DNA of 32,000 bases. It comes from Bellilinea caldifistulae. GTDB lineage: Bacteria; Chloroflexota; Anaerolineae; Anaerolineales; Anaerolineaceae. The stretch covers positions 4,044 through 36,043 of the forward strand of contig NZ_LGHJ01000027.1 of the NCBI RefSeq assembly GCF_001306055.1. The letters run 5' to 3'. The notes under the pieces are model-generated. The model was not told the origin of the DNA and did not search any database. It worked only from the letters and a program-made list of their open reading frames with translations. Positions 14,501 through 23,869 of the stretch are shown piece after piece. The position numbers and the translations under genes are program-made. The stretch's first letter is position 1, and each line of letters begins with the position of its first letter.

Positions 14501-17500
14501 CCACGGGGAGCGTGGATTGAAACCTGATGCCCGTGCGCGTACTGTGGAGCGCGCGGGGTCGCTCCCCCCCACGGGGAGCGTGGATTGAAACTTTCTTGCG
14601 TTTGCGTACACGCCCGATGCCGGGCGGTCGCTCCCCCCCACGGGGAGCGTGGATTGAAACAAACTTTTGCGCGAGATAACTACTGGAAAAGCGAGTCGCT
14701 CCCCCCCACGGGGAGCGTGGATTGAAACTTCTTGCGTTTGCGTACACGCCCGATGCCGGGCGGTCGCTCCCCCCCACGGGGAGCGTGGATTGAAACCCGG
14801 AAGTTGATCTCAACGAGTACTGGGATTATGTCGCTCCCCCCCACGGGGAGCGTGGATTGAAACGCCCGTGTCGTGGGGCAGGCGTTCGGCCTGTGCGGTC
14901 GCTCCCCCCCACGGGGAGCGTGGATTGAAACGTCATTGTCATGGCGTTCGTGGTCATCCCGCTGGGGTCGCTCCCCCCCACGGGGAGCGTGGATTGAAAC
15001 ACCGCACGCTCACGGTTATCGCCCATCGCCCAAGGTCGCTCCCCCCCACGGGGAGCGTGGATTGAAACGTCAGAAAAGGAACGCTATGCGTTCCTCATGC
15101 CGGTCGCTCCCCCCCACGGGGAGCGTGGATTGAAACTGAATTACCGGAGGAATTACTGCAAACACGAAGGGTCGCTCCCCCCCACGGGGAGCGTGGATTG
15201 AAACCGTAAACTCGCGGCTGCTCATGCGCGCCAGTCCGGGTCGCTCCCCCCCACGGGGAGCGTGGATTGAAACGCTCATTGCTTGCGCTCGCGGTAACCT
15301 CTGCGCGCGGTCGCTCCCCCCCACGGGGAGCGTGGATTGAAACTTCCGAAAGTCGCCAGACGGTCGTATCTCGTGCCGGGTCGCTCCCCCCCACGGGGAG
15401 CGTGGATTGAAACGCATTGATGCAGTGTCCATACCTCGATCCGCGACCGTCGCTCCCCCCCACGGGGAGCGTGGATTGAAACACGGTAGACCGGGTGGAC
15501 ATCGTTGGTGTGGTCAGTCGCTCCCCCCCACGGGGAGCGTGGATTGAAACGGTTGCGGGTGGCGTCACAACACGGACGTTCATTGTCGCTCCCCCCCACG
15601 GGGAGCGTGGATTGAAACACTAGACCCTCCCGCGATAAAACATAGCCCTCGCGTCGCTCCCCCCCACGGGGAGCGTGGATTGAAACGGATGGATAGATAC
15701 CCATTGTCGTATTCCAATGCGTCGCTCCCCCCCACGGGGAGCGTGGATTGAAACACGTCAAATCAGGAAAGCGAGGCCAGATGCGATGTCGCTCCCCCCC
15801 ACGGGGAGCGTGGATTGAAACGAGCCGCTGGGTCGCGATACGGACAGCCTGGACGTCGCTCCCCCCCACGGGGAGCGTGGATTGAAACGGCGATATAAAA
15901 CGACTTGCGGACATAATCCCAGTGTCGCTCCCCCCCACGGGGAGCGTGGATTGAAACTGCGCACTGCGTTAATCGTTTTTTTGCGCACGGTTGTCGCTCC
16001 CCCCCACGGGGAGCGTGGATTGAAACCACCCAATGGGTGGTGCATGACGGATATTCGCGGGTGTCGCTCCCCCCCACGGGGAGCGTGGATTGAAACATCC
16101 TCCTGCTGTGCCGCAGCCAGTAGCAGCGACCGTCGCTCCCCCCCACGGGGAGCGTGGATTGAAACTGGATCGTCATCTACTGCCTCGTCAATCTCGCGGG
16201 TCGCTCCCCCCCACGGGGAGCGTGGATTGAAACGTAGGAGTCTATCATTGATAAGGCTTCAACGGCGGTTTGTCGCTCCCCCCCACGGGGAGCGTGGATT
16301 GAAACTTCGTAGTACCGCCGCGCGTCATCGTAGATTTTCGTCGCTCCCCCCCACGGGGAGCGTGGATTGAAACCCCGCCGGATCAACCGCCGCGACCAGG
16401 TTGTCCGGTCGCTCCCCCCCACGGGGAGCGTGGATTGAAACGTCCAAGGCCAGGTTGGTGGCCATCACGGTCAGCGTCGCTCCCCCCCACGGGGAGCGTG
16501 GATTGAAACAATTTGATATTGAATCAGACTTTACCCCCCAAATGTCGCTCCCCCCCACGGGGAGCGTGGATTGAAACTACGAAAAGAACATTTAACAATT
16601 TCGAGTCATCGGTCGCTCCCCCCCACGGGGAGCGTGGATTGAAACCCGTTGTCGCGAAGCAAGATGAGCATGGTCTCGTCGCTCCCCCCCACGGGGAGCG
16701 TGGATTGAAACGGAAACGGCGCGAGGCGCACGGCGTCAGCCGCTCGTCGCTCCCCCCCACGGGGAGCGTGGATTGAAACTGGATGGTAATCGTAATAATC
16801 CATCGCCTCGTAAAGTCGCTCCCCCCACGGGGAGCGTGGATTGAAACGGAACGTTGTAATCGAGCATGATTACAACTTCCACGTCGCTCCCCCCACGGGG
16901 AGCGTGGATTGAAACAGGTATAGCGGTTCGTTGTATTCAATCTTTGTTCGTGTCGCTCCCCCCACGGGGAGCGTGGATTGAAACGAATCCGAACGGCGCT
17001 TTGGCCGCCGGTTCTTTGTCGCTCCCCCCACGGGGAGCGTGGATTGAAACCAACCTATCCCGCCAGGACAGGCGGGACGCCTGGGTCGCTCCCCCCACGG
17101 GGAGCGTGGATTGAAACACATCGTTGCTGGTGACTGACGTCACCGAATCGCGTCGCTCCCCCCACGGGGAGCGTGGATTGAAACTTTTAACTATATTTTT
17201 ATATCTTTCTGGCAAACGGGTCGCTCCCCCCACGGGGAGCGTGGATTGAAACAGCCATTGCCAGTCTCCAAGTCAACTTCGTCCAGCGTCGCTCCCCCCA
17301 TGGGGAGCGTGGATTGAAACCATAATGCAAGAAGTTTTACCCGAAAATCTTTTGTCGCTCCCCCCACGGGGAGCGTGGATTGAAACGTTTCGGTCCCGCT
17401 TTGTTGTTCCGGAGATGTCCGTCGCTCCCCCCACGGGGAGCGTGGATTGAAACTTCGGCAATCTAAAAGAAATGCTTTGGCCAACCCTGTCGCTCCCCCC

Positions 17501-19953
17501 ACGGGGAGCGTGGATTGAAACGCGAATATGAGAAGATGTATCTCATGCGCTGGGAGTCGCTCCCCCCACGGGGAGCGTGGATTGAAACGGTCACGAAATA
17601 GAAGAGTTTATGACACTCATTGCAGTCGCTCCCCCCACGGGGAGCGTGGATTGAAACAAGACCTAAACGAACTTGGTCTTATTGGCTCTTATGTCGCTCC
17701 CCCCACGGGGAGCGTGGATTGAAACAATCTCGAAGTTGGACAGCAGGAAATGTACACCTGTCGCTCCCCCCACGGGGAGCGTGGATTGAAACAAGTCGCT
17801 GAAAGTTGTCGCCGACTTGTATCTTGGGTCGCTCCCCCCACGGGGAGCGTGGATTGAAACCTCCACCTCACCGAATTCCTCGATCAATTCGGGTGTCGCT
17901 CCCCCCACGGGGAGCGTGGATTGAAACGCTCCCCAATGCTCTTGCGTCAGGCGTCCCGCCAGGTCGCTCCCCCCACGGGGAGCGTGGATTGAAACCCAGT
18001 GGTAGCGAAAACTATAACGAAATTATTACCGGCGTCGCTCCCCCCACGGGGAGCGTGGATTGAAACAGGATTGCGGCGATGTTGGACGATTGTAGTTTGG
18101 TCGCTCCCCCCACGGGGAGCGTGGATTGAAACGCCTTCGAGCCTTTCCGCGATTGACGACAGGCTGGTCGCTCCCCCCACGGGGAGCGTGGATTGAAACC
18201 AAGATCACGCTGCCCCAGAATCTCACAATTACGTCGCTCCCCCCACGGGGAGCGTGGATTGAAACACAAATAGAACGCTTATAATTGTACTGTAAAATAG
18301 GTCGCTCCCCCCACGGGGAGCGTGGATTGAAACGGTGTTTCGGGCAGTAAGACCGCAGAGGCCCAAAAGTCGCTCCCCCCACGGGGAGCGTGGATTGAAA
18401 CCGGCATACTGGTCGGCATACTGGTACTGGTCGGCGGTCGCTCCCCCCACGGGGAGCGTGGATTGAAACTCCCGCTTTTCGGCAACCTGCATGAGATACC
18501 AGTCGTCGCTCCCCCCACGGGGAGCGTGGATTGAAACATTGAAAAACCACATTAAAATATCAGATAACTTAGTCGCTCCCCCCACGGGGAGCGTGGATTG
18601 AAACACCTCACTCAACTCCTCTATCACGAAGGATTCTTGGCGCTCCCCCCACGGGGAGCGTGGATTGAAACTCTGTCTGTCTGTCTGGCTGGCTTGCCTG
18701 TTGCCGTCGCTCCCCCCACGGGGAGCGTGGATTGAAACACTTTCGCTCAGCACGCGGATACACGCGAATACGTCGCTCCCCCCACGGGGAGCGTGGATTG
18801 AAACCAGTAGGGGTTTTTGTTCCAGTTAAAAATCTCAAGTCGCTCCCCCCACGGGGAGCGTGGATTGAAACTCCGTTTTCGGCAAAACAGCTTTTTCTCG
18901 CGGCGTCGCTCCCCCCACGGGGAGCGTGGATTGAAACACTTTCGCTCAGCACGCGGATACACGCGAATACGTCGCTCCCCCCACGGGGAGCGTGGATTGA
19001 AACCAGTAGGGGTTTTTGTTCCAGTTAAAAATCTCAAGTCGCTCCCCCCACGGGGAGCGTGGATTGAAACTTCGAGATTGCCAAATTTCAGTTTATCGTA
19101 GCTGTGTCGCTCCCCCCACGGGGAGCGTGGATTGAAACTCATCCTCATTGATGGCAACCAAGCGGCGCGCTGTCGCTCCCCCCACGGGGAGCGTGGATTG
19201 AAACGCTACGCTCATTTATCCTCAAGTCCAGACTGCTTGTCGCTCCCCCCACGGGGAGCGTGGATTGAAACGAGTAATCTAAGTTTAGATCATTGCAGAC
19301 TCTACGTCGCTCCCCCCACGGGGAGCGTGGATTGAAACGCTCGTAATCGTATGCTCCGCGTCCAGCCGAATGGTCGCTCCCCCCACGGGGAGCGTGGATT
19401 GAAACTTATTTGCTTGTTAAAAATATTGGGCTTAATGATGGTCGCTCCCCCCACGGGGAGCGTGGATTGAAACTGTTAAGGGGATTCTCACCCCTTTAAC
19501 ATATATTTGTCGCTCCCCCCACGGGGAGCGTGGATTGAAACTATTTTGTTAATAGTAAAACCTTACAAAACCCTAGTCGCTCCCCCCACGGGGAGCGTGG
19601 ATTGAAACCCATATATTTGAAATTACGTGTATCGGGTTGGGGCGTCGCTCCCCCCACGGGGAGCGTGGATTGAAACAATCATCTTTACGATTATACACCT
19701 AGTACACGTTTATCGTCGCTCCCCCCACGGGGAGCGTGGATTGAAACATCCCCTCTATCCTTTTTGTAATTCTTTCAATCAGTGTCGCTCCCCCCACGGG
19801 GAGCGTGGATTGAAACGGGCTTGCAGACGCTGGAAATCTCTTTTTCGATGGTCGCTCCCCCCACGGGGAGCGTGGATTGAAACCCCCCTCTGATACTGAA
19901 AATTGTAATCATGCTCAACAGTCGCTCCCCCCACGGGGAGCGTGGATTGAAAC
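11568..19953 (+). CRISPR. type I-C CRISPR array, 124 repeats / 123 spacers
   Basis: The repeat is GTCGCTCCCCCCACGGGGAGCGTGGATTGAAAC (33 nt), with a 7-bp stem GCTCCCC/GGGGAGC and the ATTGAAAC 3' tail typical of I-C. Spacers are 32-38 nt. All units were located by hand. Orientation follows the repeat 3' tail and the cas2-proximal leader. Confidence 0.99.
14281..16779 (+). repeat. internal block of 37 consecutive variant repeats (repeats 41-77) with 7 instead of 6 C (34 nt)
   Basis: GTCGCTCCCCCCCACGGGGAGCGTGGATTGAAAC. The first copy is at 14281 and the last at 16746-16779. It is flanked by 40 (leader side) and 47 (trailer side) 6-C repeats. The extra C falls in the hairpin loop. Confidence 0.95.
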
Positions 19954-19966
19954 GGGTTTCAAAAAC

Positions 19967-20618
19967 TCTAGGGCCTGTATGCAAACCAATTTATCATTGG
20001 TCTCATGGTATATAGATGTGAACTAATGAACGAACAATGGGAACGAATTGAACCATTACTGCCACCGCAGAAACCAAAAGCCAGGTGACCGGCACACGAG
20101 CATCGAACTGTTCTCCATGGGATACTCTGGATTGTACGGACTGGAGCGCCCTGGCGAGATTTCCCAGAACGATATGGGAAATGGATAACAGTGTACAGCC
20201 GCTTTCAGCGCTGGCGTAAAAAGGGAGTAGGGAAGAAAGTTCTGGCTGAACCGCAAACTCTGGCAGATCAACAGGGTGAACTGAGTTGGCAAATCCATCT
20301 GGAACAAGGTGCAGTTTTTCCTAGAACAACTGGACGGAAACCTTTGTATCCCAAACGATTAATTTCCGATAAAGGATACACCAGCCGTAAGTTCCGTTCA
20401 TCATTTGGGAAAACACCATATTGCAGTGACCATCCCGCACAAGGAAAAAGAGCGCCATAAAGGTGTCTTCGACAAAGCATTGTATCAAACACGAAACCGG
20501 GGAGAAGGATTATTTGAACGTTTAAAGCAGTTGCATCGAATTGCTACACGGTAGAAAAAAAGAGGAGAAAACTTCGCTGCTATTTTCCTTTGGTCACAAT
20601 TTGCATACAGACCCTCGA
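19967..20618 (+). mobile_element. decayed IS5-family insertion sequence with imperfect terminal inverted repeats
   Basis: Left IR TCTAGGGCCTGTATGCAAA (19967-19985) matches the reverse complement of 20600-20618 (TCGAGGGTCTGTATGCAAA) at 17 of 19 positions. The element is ~650 bp, shorter than an intact element would need to be to encode a full transposase. Confidence 0.7.
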
Positions 20619-20620
20619 CT
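20026..20620 (+). pseudogene. IS5-family (DUF4096/DDE_Tnp_1-like) transposase pseudogene
   Basis: MNEQWERIEPLLPPQKPKAR*PAHEHRTVLHGILWIVRTGAPWRDFPERYGKWITVYSRFQRWRKKG... has an in-frame TGA at 20086-20088. The catalytic core between ~aa 80 and the LISDKGY motif is missing. There is a frameshift near 20400-20460 (then ...FDKALYQTRNRGEGLFERLKQLHRIATR) and a TAG at 20552-20554 replacing the Tyr of RYEK. Confidence 0.75.
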
Positions 20621-20899
20621 ATCCCTCAGGGACACGTTGGAATGCTTGTTTTACCAAATCCAAGTTTACACCAAGGAGCCCCTTATTCCAAACTCACGTT
20701 ACTTAAGTTTATCCGCTGCAAGTATATAAAGATTATGTCAAAACCCGCTCTCACTTGCAGGACTAACAGCAGAAGATTGGCAGGTTGTAGAACAGTAAAG
20801 AAACGAGTTTGGGATAAAAAGATATCCCTTTGGGCTCATGGCAAAAATGACTTTCTACTGCCCTCGCAGTCCTAATTAAGTTTGGATGAATTAAACTGC

Positions 20900-21640
20900 C
20901 TACGCAACCAGCGTTAATCGGTACTGATAGCGGTCGGCGCGATAAATGAACTGAACATACTCCACGCAGACATTGCGCATGTCGTACGTAACCCGGTCTG
21001 CCACAAGAAGCGGACGGCCGGTTTTGATGTTCAATAATTCCGCTTCCCGTTTGGTGGCGTTTCTGGCAATCAACAACTCGCTGGCGTGGGCCAGTTTAAT
21101 CCCTTTGCGGCTTAACAACTCGTAATACGATTGCAGTTTGATCAATTCTTCGGGGTCAACTTTCAGCCAGGGAGGGATGTAAAGATATTGCAGCCCAATC
21201 GGTTCGTTATTGGCAAAACGCAATCGCCGAACACACCAGACCGGCACTTTTGCCGATAGCCCAAGATGATTCATAACCTGCGCATCTGGCAGAATATTTT
21301 CAACCTCTAAAGTTTTAGAACCGGGTTTCAAGCCCCTTGACCGCATATCCTCGCTGAAACTGGTCAGCTTGATGATCTCCGGCTCGATCTTTTTTGCCTT
21401 GACAAAAGTGCCCACCCCCTGCCTGCGTTCAATCAGTCCTTCCATTTCCAACTCACCCAGCGCTTGCCGAATGGTTGCCCGGCTTACGTTGAACATTTGC
21501 ATCAGTGCATATTCAGAAGGCAGTAATTCACCGCTAGCCAATCTGCCTTCCCGAATTTGCTCCGCAATCACATTTTTGATCTGAAAATACAAAGGCACAT
21601 GATCAGATTGATTGAGAGGGGGAAGCAATGAGTTAAGCAT
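20900..21640 (-). CDS. GntR/HutC-family transcriptional regulator (wHTH + UTRA domain)
   Basis: PLYFQIKNVIAEQIREGRLASGELLPSEYALMQMFNVSRATIRQALGELEMEGLIERRQGVGTFV, followed by a UTRA-like C-terminal domain. I chose the ATG at 21640 (MLNSLLPP...), because the longer ORF to 21802 would overlap the divergent kinase gene. Confidence 0.85.
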   Translation of the reverse strand: MLNSLLPPLNQSDHVPLYFQIKNVIAEQIREGRLASGELLPSEYALMQMFNVSRATIRQALGELEMEGLIERRQGVGTFVKAKKIEPEIIKLTSFSEDMRSRGLKPGSKTLEVENILPDAQVMNHLGLSAKVPVWCVRRLRFANNEPIGLQYLYIPPWLKVDPEELIKLQSYYELLSRKGIKLAHASELLIARNATKREAELLNIKTGRPLLVADRVTYDMRNVCVEYVQFIYRADRYQYRLTLVA

Positions 21641-21661
21641 ACAAGTTGTCCTGTTGTCCGG

Positions 21662-21690
21662 TTGACCGTATAAGTTGAACTCCTTAAAAT
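21662..21690 (+). promoter_or_regulatory. candidate sigma70 promoter of the kinase/ABC operon with GTTGA(C/A) repeats
   Basis: -35 TTGACC (21662-21667), 17-nt spacer, -10 TAAAAT (21685-21690). GTTGAC (21661-66), GTTGAAC (21674-80) and the inverted GTCAAC (21713-18) are possible operator half-sites. Confidence 0.4.
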
Positions 21691-21742
21691 CATAACTAAC
21701 TCGTATCGATTCGTCAACACAATTCCGCGGACCAATTTTTTT

Positions 21743-22684
21743 ATGAATAAAGTCGTTGTTGTTGGAAGTTTGAACATTGACCTGATTGCAAAGACATCCC
21801 ACGCCCCGGCCGCTGGTGAAACGGTAAATGCCGAGGAATTTTTCATTGTTCCCGGTGGTAAAGGCGCAAATCAGGCTGTGGCAATGGCGCGTCTGGGGTT
21901 GAATGTAAGCCTGATCGGCCGGGTTGGAAAGGATTATTTCGGGAATTTTTTGATTCGGGAATTGGAAAAGGAAAAACTCAACACAGATTATGTTTCCAAG
22001 GATGAGGAAGAACTAACCAGCATTGCAATGATCATTCTCGAAGAGTCGGGGGAAAACCGGATTGTGGTTGCTCAAGGGTCAAATTATCGCATTAATCCAA
22101 CCGATATTGACCGGGCAGAGTCGGTAATCGAAGAGGCCGATATTGTTGTCTGTCACTTCGGACGAGATCACCCCGTTTTGGGTTATGTTATAAAACTGGC
22201 AAAAAGCAAATGTAAAAGGGTTTTAGTTAACCCTGCGCCTGCCTTTCCGATAAGCCGCGAACTTTTGAAATCCATTGATTATTTAGTAGTAAATCAAGGG
22301 GAAGCTGAATTCATCAGCGGTCTACCAGTTACCGACTTGACCAGCGCATATCAGGCCGCAAAGCAACTCCACCATCGTGGAAGCGCTGAAGTCATCATTA
22401 CATTAGGCCCAGGAGGCGCAATCCTCAGTGAACCGAATCAAAAATATCACATTCCCGCCTATCCGATTACAGTGGTTGATACAACTGCGGCGGGAGATGC
22501 ATTCATTGCCGGGTTGGTTTATGGGATCTTAAAAGATTGGACACCCAGAGAAAGAATCCGATTCGCAAATGCCTGCGGTGCTTTAGCCAGTACAAAAATT
22601 GGAGCTATCTCATCCTTACCCCGGCAAGTTGAAGTTGAACAATTTTTATCCACGAGAAAGGAGGCAGAAGAAGTATCCAATTAG
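21743..22684 (+). CDS. rbsK: ribokinase-like PfkB-family sugar kinase
   Basis: MNKVVVVGSLNIDL, GGKGANQAVA and DTTAAGDAFIAG are ribokinase signature regions. The actual substrate is not determinable from sequence. Confidence 0.8.
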   Translation: MNKVVVVGSLNIDLIAKTSHAPAAGETVNAEEFFIVPGGKGANQAVAMARLGLNVSLIGRVGKDYFGNFLIRELEKEKLNTDYVSKDEEELTSIAMIILEESGENRIVVAQGSNYRINPTDIDRAESVIEEADIVVCHFGRDHPVLGYVIKLAKSKCKRVLVNPAPAFPISRELLKSIDYLVVNQGEAEFISGLPVTDLTSAYQAAKQLHHRGSAEVIITLGPGGAILSEPNQKYHIPAYPITVVDTTAAGDAFIAGLVYGILKDWTPRERIRFANACGALASTKIGAISSLPRQVEVEQFLSTRKEAEEVSN

Positions 22685-22754
22685 TCATGAAAAACCGGTT
22701 AGAAAACCAGATTATGACACCCGTTTAGAACAGTAAATTCCTGAGGAGGAAAAA

Positions 22755-23837
22755 ATGAAAAGTCTGCGCGTTTGGATTATCTTGATGCTGATCGCTGTCG
22801 TTGTATTGGGGTGTACTTCACCAACCTCTGCGCCCACAAATACCAGTGCACCTCCACCGCCCGCTCAAGACACCCAGGCCCCCCAAAGTGGTGCTGAACA
22901 ACCGCAAGAGGGCAAAGCTTCCAAAAATTGGAAAATCGCCTTCATTCCCCAACTGATCGGTATTCCGTACTTCACTGCCATGGAAGAAGGCGGCAATGAC
23001 GCTGCCAAAGCCTTTGGAGTAACCTACCTCAACGTTGGTTCCCCCACTGCCAATGCAGCCGAACAAGTCCGTTTAATGGAAAATCTCATCCAGCAGCGGG
23101 TAGATGCCATTTCCATCTCGGTACTGGATTCCGCCTCTCTTAATCCGGTTATGGAACGAGCCGAACAGGCAGGGATTGTGGTGTACACTTCGGATTCCGA
23201 CAGCCCAACTAGCGTTCGGAGAGTATATGTTGCTCAGGCTTTGGATAAAGATCTGGGATACACCCTGATTGACCGATTGGCAATGCAAATTGGTGAAGCC
23301 GGACAAATTGGGATCATCTCCGGCGAATCCACGGCGACCAATCTGAATACCTGGATTGATTTCATGAAGGAAGCCGTAGCAACCAAATATCCCAATATTG
23401 AAATTGTGGATATTCGTTACACCCAGGGTGGTTCTTCAGAGGATGCACTGCGACAAGCCGAGGAGTTGATGACCCGCTATCCGGATATTAAAGGTTTGAT
23501 TGCCGTGGCTTCCACCACCGTGCCCGGCGTAGCCAAAGCAGTCGAGAATGCCGGAAAGACAGGCCAGGTTGCCGTGATCGGTTATGGTTCCCCCAACACT
23601 GTCAGACCGTTTATTAAAAGCGGTGTGATGAAAGAATCGGTTTTGTGGAATCCTAGGGCACTGGGCTATCTGAATGTTTGGGCAGGTATCCAGTTACTCG
23701 AAGGAAAACCATTCCAAGAAGAAAATATTGTGCCGGGCCTGTCGGATCCTGTCAAATACTTCCCGGACACCAAAATTTTACTTCTGGGGCCGCCTTTGGT
23801 CATTGATGCCAACAACGTTGACAATTTCGACTTCTAA
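22755..23837 (+). CDS. ABC transporter periplasmic sugar-binding lipoprotein (type I PBP fold)
   Basis: Signal peptide with lipobox VVLGC, then a Pro/Ala/Gln-rich linker and an RbsB/LsrB-like body. GAGGAGG SD upstream. Confidence 0.85.
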   Translation: MKSLRVWIILMLIAVVVLGCTSPTSAPTNTSAPPPPAQDTQAPQSGAEQPQEGKASKNWKIAFIPQLIGIPYFTAMEEGGNDAAKAFGVTYLNVGSPTANAAEQVRLMENLIQQRVDAISISVLDSASLNPVMERAEQAGIVVYTSDSDSPTSVRRVYVAQALDKDLGYTLIDRLAMQIGEAGQIGIISGESTATNLNTWIDFMKEAVATKYPNIEIVDIRYTQGGSSEDALRQAEELMTRYPDIKGLIAVASTTVPGVAKAVENAGKTGQVAVIGYGSPNTVRPFIKSGVMKESVLWNPRALGYLNVWAGIQLLEGKPFQEENIVPGLSDPVKYFPDTKILLLGPPLVIDANNVDNFDF

Positions 23838-23869
23838 AATTCACTGATACCACGGGACGGAGACCCCAC

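Noticed and set aside
14281-16779. Self-targeting: GC-rich spacers matching the GC-rich insert at 30845-31840 or other parts of this window.
   Set aside because: I compared several spacers with that region by eye and found no match. A visual scan cannot exclude one, so this is left as unestablished and needs a computational spacer-versus-genome search.
11498-19984. Dozens of 60-220-aa ORFs on both strands with recurring peptides (FQSTLPVGGAT, SIHAPRGGSD, FNPRSPWGER, SPHGERGLK, APPTGSVD).
   Set aside because: They are translations of the CRISPR repeat in different frames, joined by spacers that happen to lack stops. Their periodicity equals the repeat-spacer unit. They are not genes.
20620-20899. 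Small ORFs (62 and 77 aa) between the IS remnant and the GntR gene.
   Set aside because: They have no SD and no recognisable motifs, and they overlap each other in different frames. This is probably non-coding remnant sequence.
21641-21802. Longer 300-aa version of the GntR regulator starting at 21802.
   Set aside because: The extension has no similarity to GntR N termini, would overlap the divergent kinase gene start (21743) and would cover the shared promoter region. The wHTH begins right after the Met at 21640.
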